From assembly GCA_964199315.1 (NCBI GenBank), contig OZ116698.1, forward strand, positions 11,842,001-11,906,000: a DNA stretch of 64,000 nucleotides, in the 5' to 3' direction. Every line of letters begins with the position of its first letter. Within the stretch, counting starts at the first letter, position 1. Under the pieces are notes generated by a model that did not search any database, was not told the DNA's origin, and saw only the letters and a list, made by a program, of their open reading frames with translations. This document shows, piece by piece, positions 1 through 12,853 of the stretch. This stretch comes from Orbicella franksi (taxonomy: Eukaryota). The position numbers and the translations under genes are program-made.

Positions 1-752
1 CGAAATATTAAACGATTGCTGTGTTTTATAAACATGCTATCTTAGGTTTTAATTTCTCTAAAATAGTATTGAAACCTAATACTGCATATGTTTCTGGGGT
101 AAAATACGTTGAAGAACTCTTCAAAACAAGCTGCTATTATTTAACAGATGCACTACTAGTACAGTGCCGCGTAGCTGAGAACGAAGACAAAGAAAACGGT
201 CGTGATACGCAGCGGAATAGAAACTGTAAACAAAGCGTTTTTGCCATAACACAGTTGAATCAAAAATCTTTTCATAAACTTCTGTTTAATGCCGAATTAA
301 GTATACCCCAAAATAAGTGGGGCTATAACGATGCTAATGCGAAAAAAAAAAAAACAAATCGCCAAATTCATTTGAAAGCGGTCTTTTCTTACGCAAAACT
401 TGCGTATAGGTAACATATGTTGCTCGATACTTGTTAACCACAGATGGTTAGACCTGACCATAAAGGAGACAATTTTCAAAGGCTTATCTCCTCAGTTTAT
501 ATCTGTGTAAAACTGCATCTTCTTCAATTAGAAGTTTTTTAATAGGGAGACATTTGTATTGTTATCATTATGAATCTACAGTTAGGCCGACACAGCGTAT
601 AATTTGCTGTTGATTTTCCCGTCCCCTAGTTGACTGAGCGAGGTTTTCTGACAAGTAGTCACTGAATGAATAACAGCTCTGATCCTGGAAGTTGGTTATC
701 ACTATGGTGTTTCAAAATGTTCGAGTTAGTGTACGAATAGCGACTGTTATAT

Positions 753-917
753 GAACCGGCTCTTAATGTGTGACTTCATAGCTCAATTGGTAGAGCATCG
801 CACCGGTATTCGCGGAGGTCTCGGGTTCGAATCCCGTTGAAGCCCTGATTTTTTCAGGCTTCTTTCCAATTGCTTAAATTGGAAAATTTACTGCGGTGAT
901 CATTCTTCACTTTCAGC
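753..917 (+). mobile_element. tRNA-derived SINE-like repeat (pseudo-tRNA head 772-845)
   Basis: A box TAGCTCAATTGGTAGAGC, B box GGTTCGAATCCC, acceptor-like gacttca/tgaagcc, T6 run at 849-854, non-tRNA tail; flanked by a 14-bp direct repeat agcgactgttatat (739-752, 918-931). Confidence 0.75.
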
Positions 918-2828
918 AGCGACTGTTATATTTGAAATATGTCAAAATCAACGTCGGCTGTCGTATTTTTCGTTTTATGACCTTAAAACTCTTAACTCAG
1001 TGGACAAAAATGACTGAAAGTGCATATGTTAACTCTAGTCTTCTGCCGGTCTCTTGCATAAAGATGGCAACAGAAACAATCGGAAATGCTCAGGCAAACA
1101 AATCCGTGTACATCCGAAAGAACACTTCACTGAAAGTAAGTGGTTTTCGTTTCTTGACACTGATGCAAAAAGAACAGGATTCCGGAACCAGTTGTGAAAA
1201 TTTGTCTGTTTTCTGAAGGGTAACGTTTTGAATCATGACTGACCACAACATGGCTTTCTCGTCCGTAAAACTCTAGACCTTAGCACTGATATAAACGGAC
1301 GAAAGGAAGTGAGGAAGGTACTTCATTTCTTACCACGAGGGGTGCTTATTCTATTGTAAATTCTTATCTGTTAACAGTAATGAGCAATCTTTGGAAAACC
1401 ATCACGTTTAATTTCCTGCATGGAATCGGATGTGTGGTAATTCCCTATTGAAATGACACACCGGAAAATGAATTTCTAACAATCGAAGCTTCACTCAGTG
1501 ATTGCTGATTTTCAAAGACAGGCAAGCATGAAAGGGTCAATTAGCGCGCAGAACAAAATGACTGCGATTTGAACGTGGAAGATTGAAAATTAATCAATGC
1601 GTTTTTCAAAAGAAACTGCCAGCCTTGAAAACTTTATTATCTCGAATTGATTTTTAAAGAACTGCGTCCTCAGCACGCACTAAATACAAACTGATGCAGC
1701 TCTGATGAACGCAACTGTTCCATCAGGTCTTAGCCGCAAATATTGCTTGGTTTCACGCTTTCATATCAAAATTAATGATTACAGTTTCTTTGTTGAAGGT
1801 TTCTGTCGATGTTCAATTTCCGGCCACAACAATATTTTGATGGGCTTAGACATAAAAAACAAAGCTTTGCTTTCCGTTTTGTTTTTATTCAGTGGTACTT
1901 CGTTTGAAAAATCTAAGTTCCACGTCGAGTTCGGGCGGCTTCATACATCATTTACCTCAGTCTGATAAAAAATGTTATTTGCATGTGACAATTTTTAGTC
2001 AAGGTGGCGGTGTATAGGTCTTACGTTTCAGGATAATCGAGTCCGAATTGAATGCTTTTGTTTCGCTAGCAGATCTCAATTCTTACATATTTGCTTTTAA
2101 CAATCCCTTTTAACTAGTGGCCAAGGTCAGATCATTTTCTGAGTTCTCGAAAACAAAACTTCAAGTTAATTTCAGTCCAAAATTTACCAACCTCAGATTT
2201 TTACTTGTTTTATTTTTCATTTCTTCACGAGTAATATTTTAACGGTGTCAGAAATACTGTCACTTTAAATTTGAGAAATGAAGAAGTGGCGTGCTTCCAG
2301 AAACAATGCTATTCCCGTTACATCTAGATATGGAGAAGTTGTTAACTTGTTCTTCGCGAGATCATGATGAAACCACTTTGTTTGGTTTCCATCGTGGCAC
2401 TTTAGGTATTAGTGCCTGAAAGTGTGTTTACTACTCAAAAGTTTAATCGTTTCAGTCACGAACTTGATTGTACTTTGAGAGGATCTCTGGAGTCGAACCG
2501 CTAGCTTAAGAGCTAGCGTTTAAATCCGTAACACACAAATATTACTCAGTCTTCAGACTCGGGCATTAGCGAGAATTGACTGAAACTTCGAAATGCGCGT
2601 TCCACATTTTGTCGTTTAGGAAAATTGCTAAAATAAATGCTTTCTCTCAGGAGTTTTCAGGTTTGGAATCAGTTTCAGGGGTCCTCAGTCGGTATTCAAA
2701 CAAATATTTAATACGAAGTTTCGTACAGGTTTATAGATAAAAGATCGACCAGAGGGATTTCGATTCAGTGTGTTAAATATATCATAATTCTAAGAACTGA
2801 ACTGTTAACCGTTCTTTGTATGCTTTAT

Positions 2829-3117
2829 CGTTGTTTTCTCTTCTTAAAAGACCACAGAATTTATAAAAATAAAGAAAACATTTCCCTGGAAAATCGCTAT
2901 ATCATTGTTTTCCCTGTTTAAAAGATCACAGAATTTATAAAAATAAAGAAAACTTTTCCCTGGAAAATCGCTATATCATTGTTTTCCCTGTTTAAAGATC
3001 ACAGAATTTATAAAAATAATATAAAACATTTCCCTGGAAAATTGCTATATCATTATTTTCCCTGTTTAAAAGATCACAGAATTTGTAGAAATAAAATAAA
3101 ACGTTTCTCTGGCAAAA
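2829..3117. repeat. Tandem repeat, about 74-bp unit, about 4 copies
   Basis: taaaaga(t/c)cacagaatttataaaaata...ccctggaaaatcgctatatcattgttttccctgtt recurs at about 2845, 2919, 2993 and 3067. Confidence 0.95.
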
Positions 3118-6100
3118 CGTCAATTCATGTACATCAGTCGCTTTATGACTTTTATAAGTGTGAAAAAAATTCAATTCAATTCCGTATATGAGAAATAATA
3201 TAGTTCCTGACTTGCAGTTAAGTAGATTTTAGAGCATGCAGTGGAAACTGGCGACTGCCTCGTTCCCTTCACTACGCCATTAAAAGATCATACAGTGAAA
3301 ATTTAGACGAGCGAAAAGATTCAGTTCAGTTAGGTTTTCTCAGTTTTGCGTGGAGGTGATGCGGATGTGAAATTGGACCGAGAGAGAGATGGCCGTATCC
3401 TTGAAAGTTAGCCACAGTTAAGGCGTTTCATTGCAAACAGTGGTAAAGTTTACATGAAAAGGGCTAATCAAGGAAATGCATGAATACTGAGGCATGAAAT
3501 AAATACATAATCTCACGGTTAGAGCCATAGAATTATAGTTTCCACACACCTGCACTAAACAAGGTGTGATGTTAAACTCAAACTTCACAAACTGCTGTCA
3601 TTTGTTTTGTGAGGATCAAACATAACATCAGTCGGATAACTTTTTCTTGTTTGATTTCCATACCCAACAGTTTTCTTAATATTTCGCCATTCATGTCAAC
3701 CACTGTCAATTTCATGCCAGATATAAATAATTTCAATTTCATTTTGAGCCACCATAATTAAAGTGGGTTTGATAACCAATTTTTCATCACTGTCCTTTTC
3801 ACCTGCTTTCGTAGCTAAACGCTGAAAAAGTAGGTCCTTGGCAAGGAATAGTTTGCTTTGAAAGACATTATTTCTAACTTAACTTTTTAATACAGTTGTT
3901 AACGTTTGTTTATAGCAGCTCTATAACGGTTACCGAGTAAAAAGTCTTTTAAGAGAAAGGGCGGCGTTTTGTAAGATCGGCTGCTGAGTTTCGTATTCAA
4001 CCACTGTGAAAAAGAAAGCCAATTAGACTGATAAATGTGACAAGCGGCGAAACCTTACATCATTGCGCTAAAAATGACTTGAATGCACATTATATTTCTT
4101 GACAAAACATTTGGTTATATTATTCAGTGACAGGTTTAAACATAGTTTTCTGCGCTTTCGTGCCACACGCTCTCTTTGTTTACTAACACTCTTTTGAAAT
4201 TACGGTAATTTAACTCGAAACATTATCAAGGCTGTGCCCCGAGGGAGTCAATCTTTCACAACCTTGTAGACTAAATACATATTTTGAAAAAGCTCTCATA
4301 TCGATATGCAAAGTGACATAATGATCCTAGAAGTTTTTTCAGCACGCATTGTTTTAGAAATAACTACTCTTTTATCAGTACTGTAGAACTAGGAAAAAAT
4401 TAAAAATCGGTAACAATTAATATGTATGTGCGCGTTCATATATTTGTTGTATGATCAAAAGAGGAGAAAACGTAAGATTCGCACCTGTTCAAGACTGCTT
4501 CATCGGCAAGGTCATGAGACACAAAATGCTAATTTACTGAAGATAGAGCTGATAATCCGGCCAACTAGAAGGCAGTCATACAGAAGAAAAGAGAATAATA
4601 AAGTCTCTTAATGTGTAAATGGTCTTAATGCAAGAAGGTATTATTTTCTCGAGTGCAACGTTTATACGCGAGGGTTAAAGTTATTGCTAAATGAAAAAGT
4701 ACTTTATGAAATGAAAAAGTGCTGTACTTCGAAAACTGTCCCGCAATTTAAAGTATACTGTATTGACAAAACGTTTTGTGTTCAACAACAGATCGATATC
4801 ACACCGACTTTCTGACATAAGAAGTTTATAAACACACAATTCATTTATAAATGACACTTATGGATCTTGGGAAAACACATTTCATGCGACGGCAAACGGC
4901 GTCCGAACCAGCGCCTTTCGAAAGTTCATACGCTTGCATGTTAAGGTGAGAGAAAACGAAAGCACTGTAACACGGTCAAAATCTGATGCCACCTAGCGGC
5001 CGAGTCATTTTTCTGTGGGGAACTGTACTGTGTTGTAATTGAAAGGCTTTTGTTTGTCATCGATCTCAGTTTAATTTCCAAATGCTTTGCAGTTTAATCG
5101 TTGTAAACTGAATAGTTCAACATCAGAATTAAACTCACTGCGGATGTGAATCTTAGTTTGCTGGAAAGATCTTCGATTATTTTTGATCTGAAAATCGGAC
5201 TCAATGGAAGGAGATACAGGCTGACGTATAAGGTTGACATCGCAAACATCACTGACGCTGTACATTGTGAATTACTGCGCTCATAGCGGATTGCCTTATT
5301 ATACTGACATTGTCAATATAATAAGCCAACGTGACATACAGCCTCAAGAGCTTTTAGGTTTTAATACAAACTTCCTTCTCGGCCTGTCAGGCTCAAACAA
5401 ATGCATCAACACAGAATGACTAGGATAATCAGTACGGCGTATAGTTCCTCTTGAAACGAAACCTTGATAATTAAAGTTGTTTTCACCGCTATGAAGGATA
5501 AAACCGACCTTCAGTACTAATAATTAATTTTCTTAAGAGTGAGTAAAAATGCGGTAAATTTGAGATAATTTCGCGCGGTTTAACATAGCCTTACAAATTC
5601 CTTGAGCAAATTTCAAATGCGATGGTATTTTAGATGAATGTGCGATGACTCATGGCGTATCGCAAAAACTTTATTAGCAGGGTTTTTTTTAAATATCCTC
5701 AGCCCACATGAATGCAGCGGGCATTTATGAGCTGTTTAATAATTGTGCCGAAAAAGCGCGAGTTCAAATTACTTATCCGGCTGGCCTTGGAAGTGACAGG
5801 GGCCCGAAAATTTATTTTATTGAGTCATCAATATTTCAGTCAGAATGTCATCAAAACTAATGAACTAATAAGTTAGTGTCAGTGACAACTTCATAAGTGC
5901 CCTATAGATTTTCACAGAGTATGAATTGTGTTAATTATGATTATTTACAGGATCGGACACCTTTTACAACCATCCAATAATAATTATTAAAAAAGAAAAC
6001 AACTTTGGACTCTTAAAGTTTCTTTCAAAGTCGGGGTTTATTAATCTTTTGAAATGAAAAAGCCATTCTCCTTTTTTTTTTTTTTACAATTGATTTATTC

Positions 6101-8629
6101 AATGTGTAAACTGGAAAGGATGAAAAGCGACAAGTCAAGAAATTCAGCTCAAGACACCTGAAGTTTTAGCAAAGCAGGTGCGCTGTTAGGCAGAAGAAAC
6201 ATCAAAGGAGCTGAATATCTTTGAGCCGAGATATTTTGACAAGGATATTTGTCGCCCACACGCAACTTTTTTGGACGCCACACGAGTGATGAGCGTTTTA
6301 TTAACGCAATTGACACATGTTTAGGGGCAGTGGCGATATCTGTTCATCAATGGAAACATTTTAACTCATGAATAGCGAACTACCCACACTATAAGCAAAC
6401 AAGGGCACCAAAAAACAGTCTGTCATCACTGTTTATCTGATTCAGACAAAAGTTCAGTCAATGGCATCAGTTTTCAAACGGGACGTGCTCTTTAAAAGAG
6501 TTTGTTAAGTTGGCATATAAAAGAAGCCTTGAATACATCTCGATCGACCTCGCGTATAACAATAAAAAAATATTTTTAGCCTTCATGGTCGTACGAGACA
6601 AAATTTCCTGCGATTTCAGTGAAACAAGGTTGCGAAAATAAGTTATGTTGGCGTAAAATTATACTCAATCTATATGAATAAGTTGGATGTGTGGCTCATA
6701 AAGCCACCCGTCAAAGTCTCTTTTCATTTTCAAACAGCATTTCAAGATTCTTAATTAGTTTATTTGTATTTAACCCATGGGCTTGTTTGGGTTACTGAAC
6801 TTACGGAAGTCTGTCCCCAAGCGCGCGGTGGTCGTTTTGAGACTAAGAATAAACATCAACAAACAGCAACTCAATTGGTGTTTATGTTTCAATAAAATGT
6901 GGTTAAACAGCTAGAACTAGCTTGGAGTTAGCTAGAAAGCTGAATTCGACTTCAGGATGGTGAATTGGAAATATGAACGCGGAAAATGTGGCACTATGTA
7001 ATGCCTCAGTTCGTTATAGCGCAAACGATCCGTAAACACAATGAGGTACAATGGAAAGCTGTCGTTCTTCTGGTATAGACAATCCCAAATGACCTGCGGT
7101 AGAGATACTACTTTTTGTTAAAAGAATAAACTGGCATTCTTATCTCGCGTTTTTAATGCGATAAATTCACCATGACAAAGATCTTCTAGTAAAGCTGCTA
7201 AACGGACCGATTTCGCTATGGATAAAGGGTATTTTTTTTGTTATGTATTTCTGATTCAGTTTCAACAGTTTTTTTCTGCAAAGCAGTTAAGAGTTACATA
7301 CGTTAGTTTGCTATGCTAACCGTGGATGATCATTAGTTTGTGTACACCGGCTGATAAACTCGTAAAAACTTTGAACAAAACAGTTTACTGAGTAGTGAGT
7401 TTTTAAATTAAGCGATGATCATGCCACCTCAAATACATTTGCCGCTTCGCTTAAGCTTAAGTACCTCGTCCCTAAATGAGATCTCTCACAGACAAAATGT
7501 GCTTTTATGTTATTGAAGGGGCTCCGGATTTACAAAGAGTTTCGAGAAATTCAGGGAATTAAGAAATAGATGAATGAGAGCACCTTTGTAAAACAGACAT
7601 GAACCCCAATATCAGACAATCGTTCTTGATTTTATGCTGATAAGACTGACAGATATTCAGACAATCAATTCTGGCGAAGCTTTCACGAGTCTGAACTGAT
7701 GAGCGTTTAGTTCTTGAGCCTGACTGATAACAATGCCTACAGAACGTCAGGCGACACAAAAGAGTATAAAAAAAGCAAATGACTCATATTGCGTCATCCA
7801 CTTTTCGCGGTGCTTTCGAAACCATCCACATCACAAGATGGTTAGTGCTTACTTGTGGAGGTCCTATACTGAACCAAAACAGAAAAAAACTAAAAACAGC
7901 TATACCCGACTGTTTGTGTTTCTCCCTTAAAGAACCTGACGGAACACGTAACAGTTAAAAATTCTCATTATGAAATTATATTCGTATATTCATGTCATGC
8001 TACCATTCGCAGCTGGAGGATGAAAAGTAACGACTTTAAAAAAAGAAAAAAGATGCCTGCTCAGAACAACAGTTTTTCACCATCATTTCTTATCAATGAA
8101 CTCTTTTTGAGCTAAAAGGTTAGACTTGAATAATAAGTGAAGAATTGAATATCCTACGCCAGCAGCTGAATTGGTTTCAATGTTCAACCGGACGTTTCTG
8201 TCCCATGGTCCCAGCTGCACTTTACTTTCGAAACTCCAAAAAGGAGATAACGTTAAAATTATTTTGCAATCGAGGGTCAGGTTTCGTTCTCACGCTGAAA
8301 GTTTTAGCCGCCCGGCGTTCGTAATGTTTCCCACTCACCCCTGCCCCCTTGTACGTATAATGCTTGCAGGTGTTACTTCAAGCTATTTAAATCTTTCTCT
8401 CAGTTAAATGTTATCATTTCTGTTCATTGTCTATCCCTTCCTGCGTTGTTTTTTGTATGTCTAAAAAACCAAATAAAAGAGTTCGATCAGACTGAACATG
8501 GTTGTCATCATTAAGAGTCTAATACAGAATATAAAGAGAGTCTAGGAAATTTCACTTGTTTCGCACATGACAGGCAGCTTAATCAGTGACCACTCGCTAT
8601 CATACGCCTGGGCTTAAGGATAAGGGGCG

Positions 8630-8740
8630 GAACGTGAGAATCTGGGCTCAAGGTTAAGAGCTTGAACGCGAGGATCTGGGCTCAAAGACGAGGATCTGGG
8701 CTCAAACGCAAGGGATGGAACGCGAGGATCTGGGCTCAAT
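8630..8740. repeat. Short degenerate tandem repeat (gaggatctgggctcaa x4)
   Basis: Four copies of atctgggctcaa with variable spacing. Confidence 0.8.
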
Positions 8741-11543
8741 GGCAAAACCTAGAACGTTCCCTGGACTCGTGATCTGATGCAACCGTGAAAGGCGTTGTCA
8801 AAACATCCTGCTAAAGGTCAACTCCCAACAGGCAATTGCAAAATGATCTAAATTCTTACCGATATTTCTTGTACCCAGAACTCTGGTCCCAGCAATTCAA
8901 AGGGAAGATAATGCTGTCCAGCGGATAAATAACTATCCAGTAATGGAGAGGGGGAGTCATTTATGATAGTGTCATCCACCCTTTGAACAACCGTGAAATG
9001 AGCAACTACGTACTCCATGAGAGAATATTGCCAACTACGCCACTTTAACCAGTTGAGAAAAATGCGATCTTCTTCTGTTGCTAATCAATCGTTTGTGGAT
9101 TTGGTTTAGTAATCTTTAGTTTCATTACCACTACAAAAACAGGATTCAGGATGGGAGGTGTCGCAGTGTGTTAAGTGACCAAACTCAAATTTCTTCTTAC
9201 AATACCAATACAATGTAGAGAAGAGGGTTTGACGAGAATATTATCGACTTCGACTTACCTACCAACGGATGGGCAAAATAGATCGCAAATTTAGGAAACC
9301 TGTCATGAACTGGAATCCCAGCCTTCCTCCTGATTGCTTCATGTTCCAGGTCATGTTACCATGTCACTGGGTGGGGTGCAAGGCCTGCTGCCTGAAATGC
9401 TTACCCTAATTCAGACAAAAATATGTGGTTTTTCTTCAGACCTAGCCCCAATATGAGTCCAATATCGATTCGTTACTCTACACCTCTAAAATAAGTACAA
9501 GTCAGTCTAAAACATGACCTCTGCTTACAAGGAAAGGCTGCAAATTCCAGATATTTATGGGGAAGCAAACTTGTTTCTTTTAAGCAGCACTCAACTGCCT
9601 ACCGAGGCCAATTGTTGCTGTAATCTTTGTATCGATTAGTTTATATATTTAAATTTTTATAGTCTAGTTTTTAAATTTCATAATCTAGTTTTTCAATTTC
9701 AAATTTTATAGTCTAGTTTTTGTACTTTTATTGAATAGATAATATATTTAAATTTTACATTTTAATTTTCAGTTAGCATACACGTTCACATTTAAACGAG
9801 CCCCAGGCTCACTGGTCAAATGTTTTTTTATTTTTTATTTTTTATTTTTTTAAAAAAAAGGGCTGAGTGCAAACCACCCCCTATTTCAGGTTAAGATGTT
9901 AAAAAAATCTCTGTCTCAATTCAACACAAAACAGCACCAAACCCTTAGGGATACACATCCCCTTATAGCGTATTTAAGGAAGGAGGGGGAAAGACAATGG
10001 ATTCTCATACGAACACTGCAGTCAGTGGCAGAACTTGGCATGACGTCCTTCCAGTCAAATTAGACTACACCTTGACATGGGACATGTCCCATTCGTACCC
10101 GTATTGAAAAGGGAGTAAAGCGCTATTATCCTGGAGCAACAGCCATGTTACCTGATGGCACAAAGACGTTACCTTGATACGAAAACCATGTGTCCAATTC
10201 TTACCCGTAGCCAGAAATCATGGCATCTTTATTTGAAGTCATCTAATGACGGAACGCTAAAACCGAGACAATGTCCATCATTTTGGGGCGCTATAATCTC
10301 CACAAGAAGGAAATGTCAAAGATATACAGTGAGACACTTCAGCTTTGGATGATCTAGAACTCGAGATAACTGTTAACGGAAATAACAGTGATAGCTCAAC
10401 ACCTAATGTTTTCAAGTTCAAAGTGCCTCTGCGATCCTTTTTGCAAAATCCTGTTTTGCACAGTGCAGGGACAGAAGTCTGATGCATCCGGTTCAACGAG
10501 GTGGAGATCGCATGTTATTTTACCTTTGAACTACCCTATTATGCACATTACATTCATGCCAGTAATTACACAATAGCAAATTTATTCCAATGACTAGTCA
10601 ACCTATTTAACAACTATATACAAAACAAACCTTAGTTTTAAGTTACTATTCTGTAATGTATGGTGTTTGCTGTCGTTTCCGACCAAACGACCACTGAATA
10701 CGAACTTGTGTTTAGCCTATGAACATGATTAAGTGGGTTGTAAGATCGCTTGAAATACATTGCCACGACGAGTTCGAGGTGATACCGTACAAAATCCTCT
10801 TTATGGCGGTTAACTCAAAATGCATGCGGTGTATAAAACGTTTTTATATAACTAGGGTAAGAAAGAAGCAACATCCTTATAGTAATATAATAATATACAA
10901 TTTTAATTTATATCCTGATTTGGGGTCCAAAAGGCTGCACTGTAATGTGAACTGTTACCAAAAAACATTTTCAGTTGAAAAATGAACGCTAGTTTGCTAA
11001 ACTAATATTTTACATAAGGGAATTTCGGGTATACGAAGCGATTTAAATGATGACGATTGTAATTCTTGGACTTTGCTAACAGAACGTTATTCTCCTTAAA
11101 GGATTATAACATAGTTCTCTTGGCGGTTATCGCAATTATCTTAGCATAAAACGAAGTTTTGGACTACTTTATCATTAATTTAGTTTGCTTTGTATATTTT
11201 TGAAGCTCTTAACTTGCCGCATACTTACTTGAATATAGTCTGTTGTCTCCTTCAATCTGATACAAAACCAATATCGATATATAATAGTCTGATGTTTGCG
11301 CTATTCCGTTCTCATTTGCAAGAATTCCTGGATGAAATAAGGTGTCAGTACTCGCAAACTCGTACCATGAAAGGCTATCTCTCAATAACGAACTCTAATG
11401 ATCTGATTGGAGCCCCGTGTCATAGTATCCAGTCCTAATTTGAAGGATTCTTGGGCAAAATGAAAAGCTTTCGTACGTAAATGAGCCTAATGACAGTCCA
11501 TAAACGCTGCTTATCATTCAACATAGCTTAGTTGTGATTATTA

Positions 11544-11785
11544 TTAAAGGAGCTTCGTCACGGTTTGCGTGCCTAAAAAACTTAAGCCTAAATTTCTGAA
11601 GTTTGTCGTTTGCAATCCGCATTAATCTTCTACGTCCTTAACCACTCTTGTTCCTTTATGGCTTATTGTTATCTGTTTGATGTTTTTCTATCTTAGTAAA
11701 CTATTATTTTCAGGTTTCCTTAAATTAAAAGGTACTTTAGTACCTGGCCAAAATATCTCAAAATACCGTGATTGAGCTCCTTTAA
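11544..11785 (+). mobile_element. TTAA-flanked MITE (Kolobok-like), copy 1
   Basis: TTAA|AGGAGCT...AGCTCCT|TTAA termini; the internal sequence is shared with the copies at 44268, 57941 and 37793. Confidence 0.8.
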
Positions 11786-12035
11786 ACTATAATATGTTGA
11801 TTTTAGTTGGGCTGCAAGGCATAATTCTGGTAGAAGAGTCAAGGTATCTGTTTGTATTAGTATGCGTTCCCTCTTACTTGCCAATTTCAGTGTAGATGCT
11901 TGTAATACAGGTCATGGACTGATATGGACAGAGTAATCCCTCAGTTACATATGGGCTTAGTCAAGGCGAATTTTGTAAGCGTTTTCAAGTCTATGCGCAT
12001 GATGAGGTGATCACATGCAAGGTTGCCGAGGATAT

Positions 12036-12853
12036 TTAACTTTCTACCTCGTGAGTGTACATGTGTCTTCTCAGATCAACTTTGCGCATGAACGATACGC
12101 CACATTCGTCACACGAGAAAGGCTGAAATCCTTTGTGCTTCCGACAGTGCGTGATCAGATTGGACGACTGACTGAACGACTTGCCGCAAAAGCTGCACTG
12201 GTGAGGCTTCTCTCCCGTGTGGATGTAGGTATGCTTCTTCATGTCAGACTTCTGGTGAAACCTCTTGCCACAGAACTGACACTCAAACGGGCGCGTGTCC
12301 GAGTGGATCAGCATGTGAGTTGATAACGTCGACGAGCGCTTGAAGCTTTTACCGCATGCCTTGCACTGGAATGGTTTCTTGTTCGAATGCACGATCATAT
12401 GCTGCTTCAGGCTGATCGAATTGTTGAAAACTTTCTCGCAGACCTGACAGCAATACAGCTGCCTTTTTTTTTCAGAACCAGTAGCCTTGGATTTGTCGTC
12501 TTTTTCAGCCTTTTCTGTTCCAGGCCTAATTACACAATTCATCTGCTGCTGACCATTTTCCTTCTGGAATTCATCGTCCGTTTGAGTGTTTCGTTTGCCA
12601 ACAGCTCCTGCGTTTGGCATCAGGACATTGTAATATCGATACGCCCCGGCTGCAGACGGTTGATTCTGGAGCCGTCTCACTTCTGCCCACTGCTGCATCC
12701 AGCGAGCAAATGCTTCTGATCCCGCGTTGTAAGATTGTTGACGGAAGTTCCAAAGGGGGAACTGTGGGGCCTTCCAGAACGGACCTTGGAGTCCTTTGGG
12801 GGAGGGAGAAGGGAATGTTGAAAGTAATCTCAGTCCTGTTTCCAATGGCATAC
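12036..12853 (-). CDS. gfi1: Gfi-A terminal zinc-finger exon (five fingers, equivalent to Gfi1 ZF2-ZF6)
   Basis: Part of ORF 12036..12875. Acceptor ttttcaag| at 12854-12855; five C2H2 fingers with TGEKPH-type linkers. Confidence 0.95.

Noticed and set aside
21-413. 130-aa ORF at the window start and other short ORFs in 1-12000
   Set aside because: AT-rich, includes a poly-A run, no domain signature or exon structure; expected by chance.
772-845. Bona fide tRNA gene
   Set aside because: Mismatched acceptor and anticodon stems, an unusual GGT anticodon, and embedding in a longer repeat with a tail; treated as a SINE head.
10271-10482. Protein-like fragments (LDDLELEITVNGNN...) split by a frameshift
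   Set aside because: About 50 codons, no recognisable family, and no convincing splice sites.
12015-12719. Plus-strand ORFs opposite the zinc-finger exons (also 25828-26440)
   Set aside because: Antisense shadows of C2H2 coding sequence with no independent protein features.
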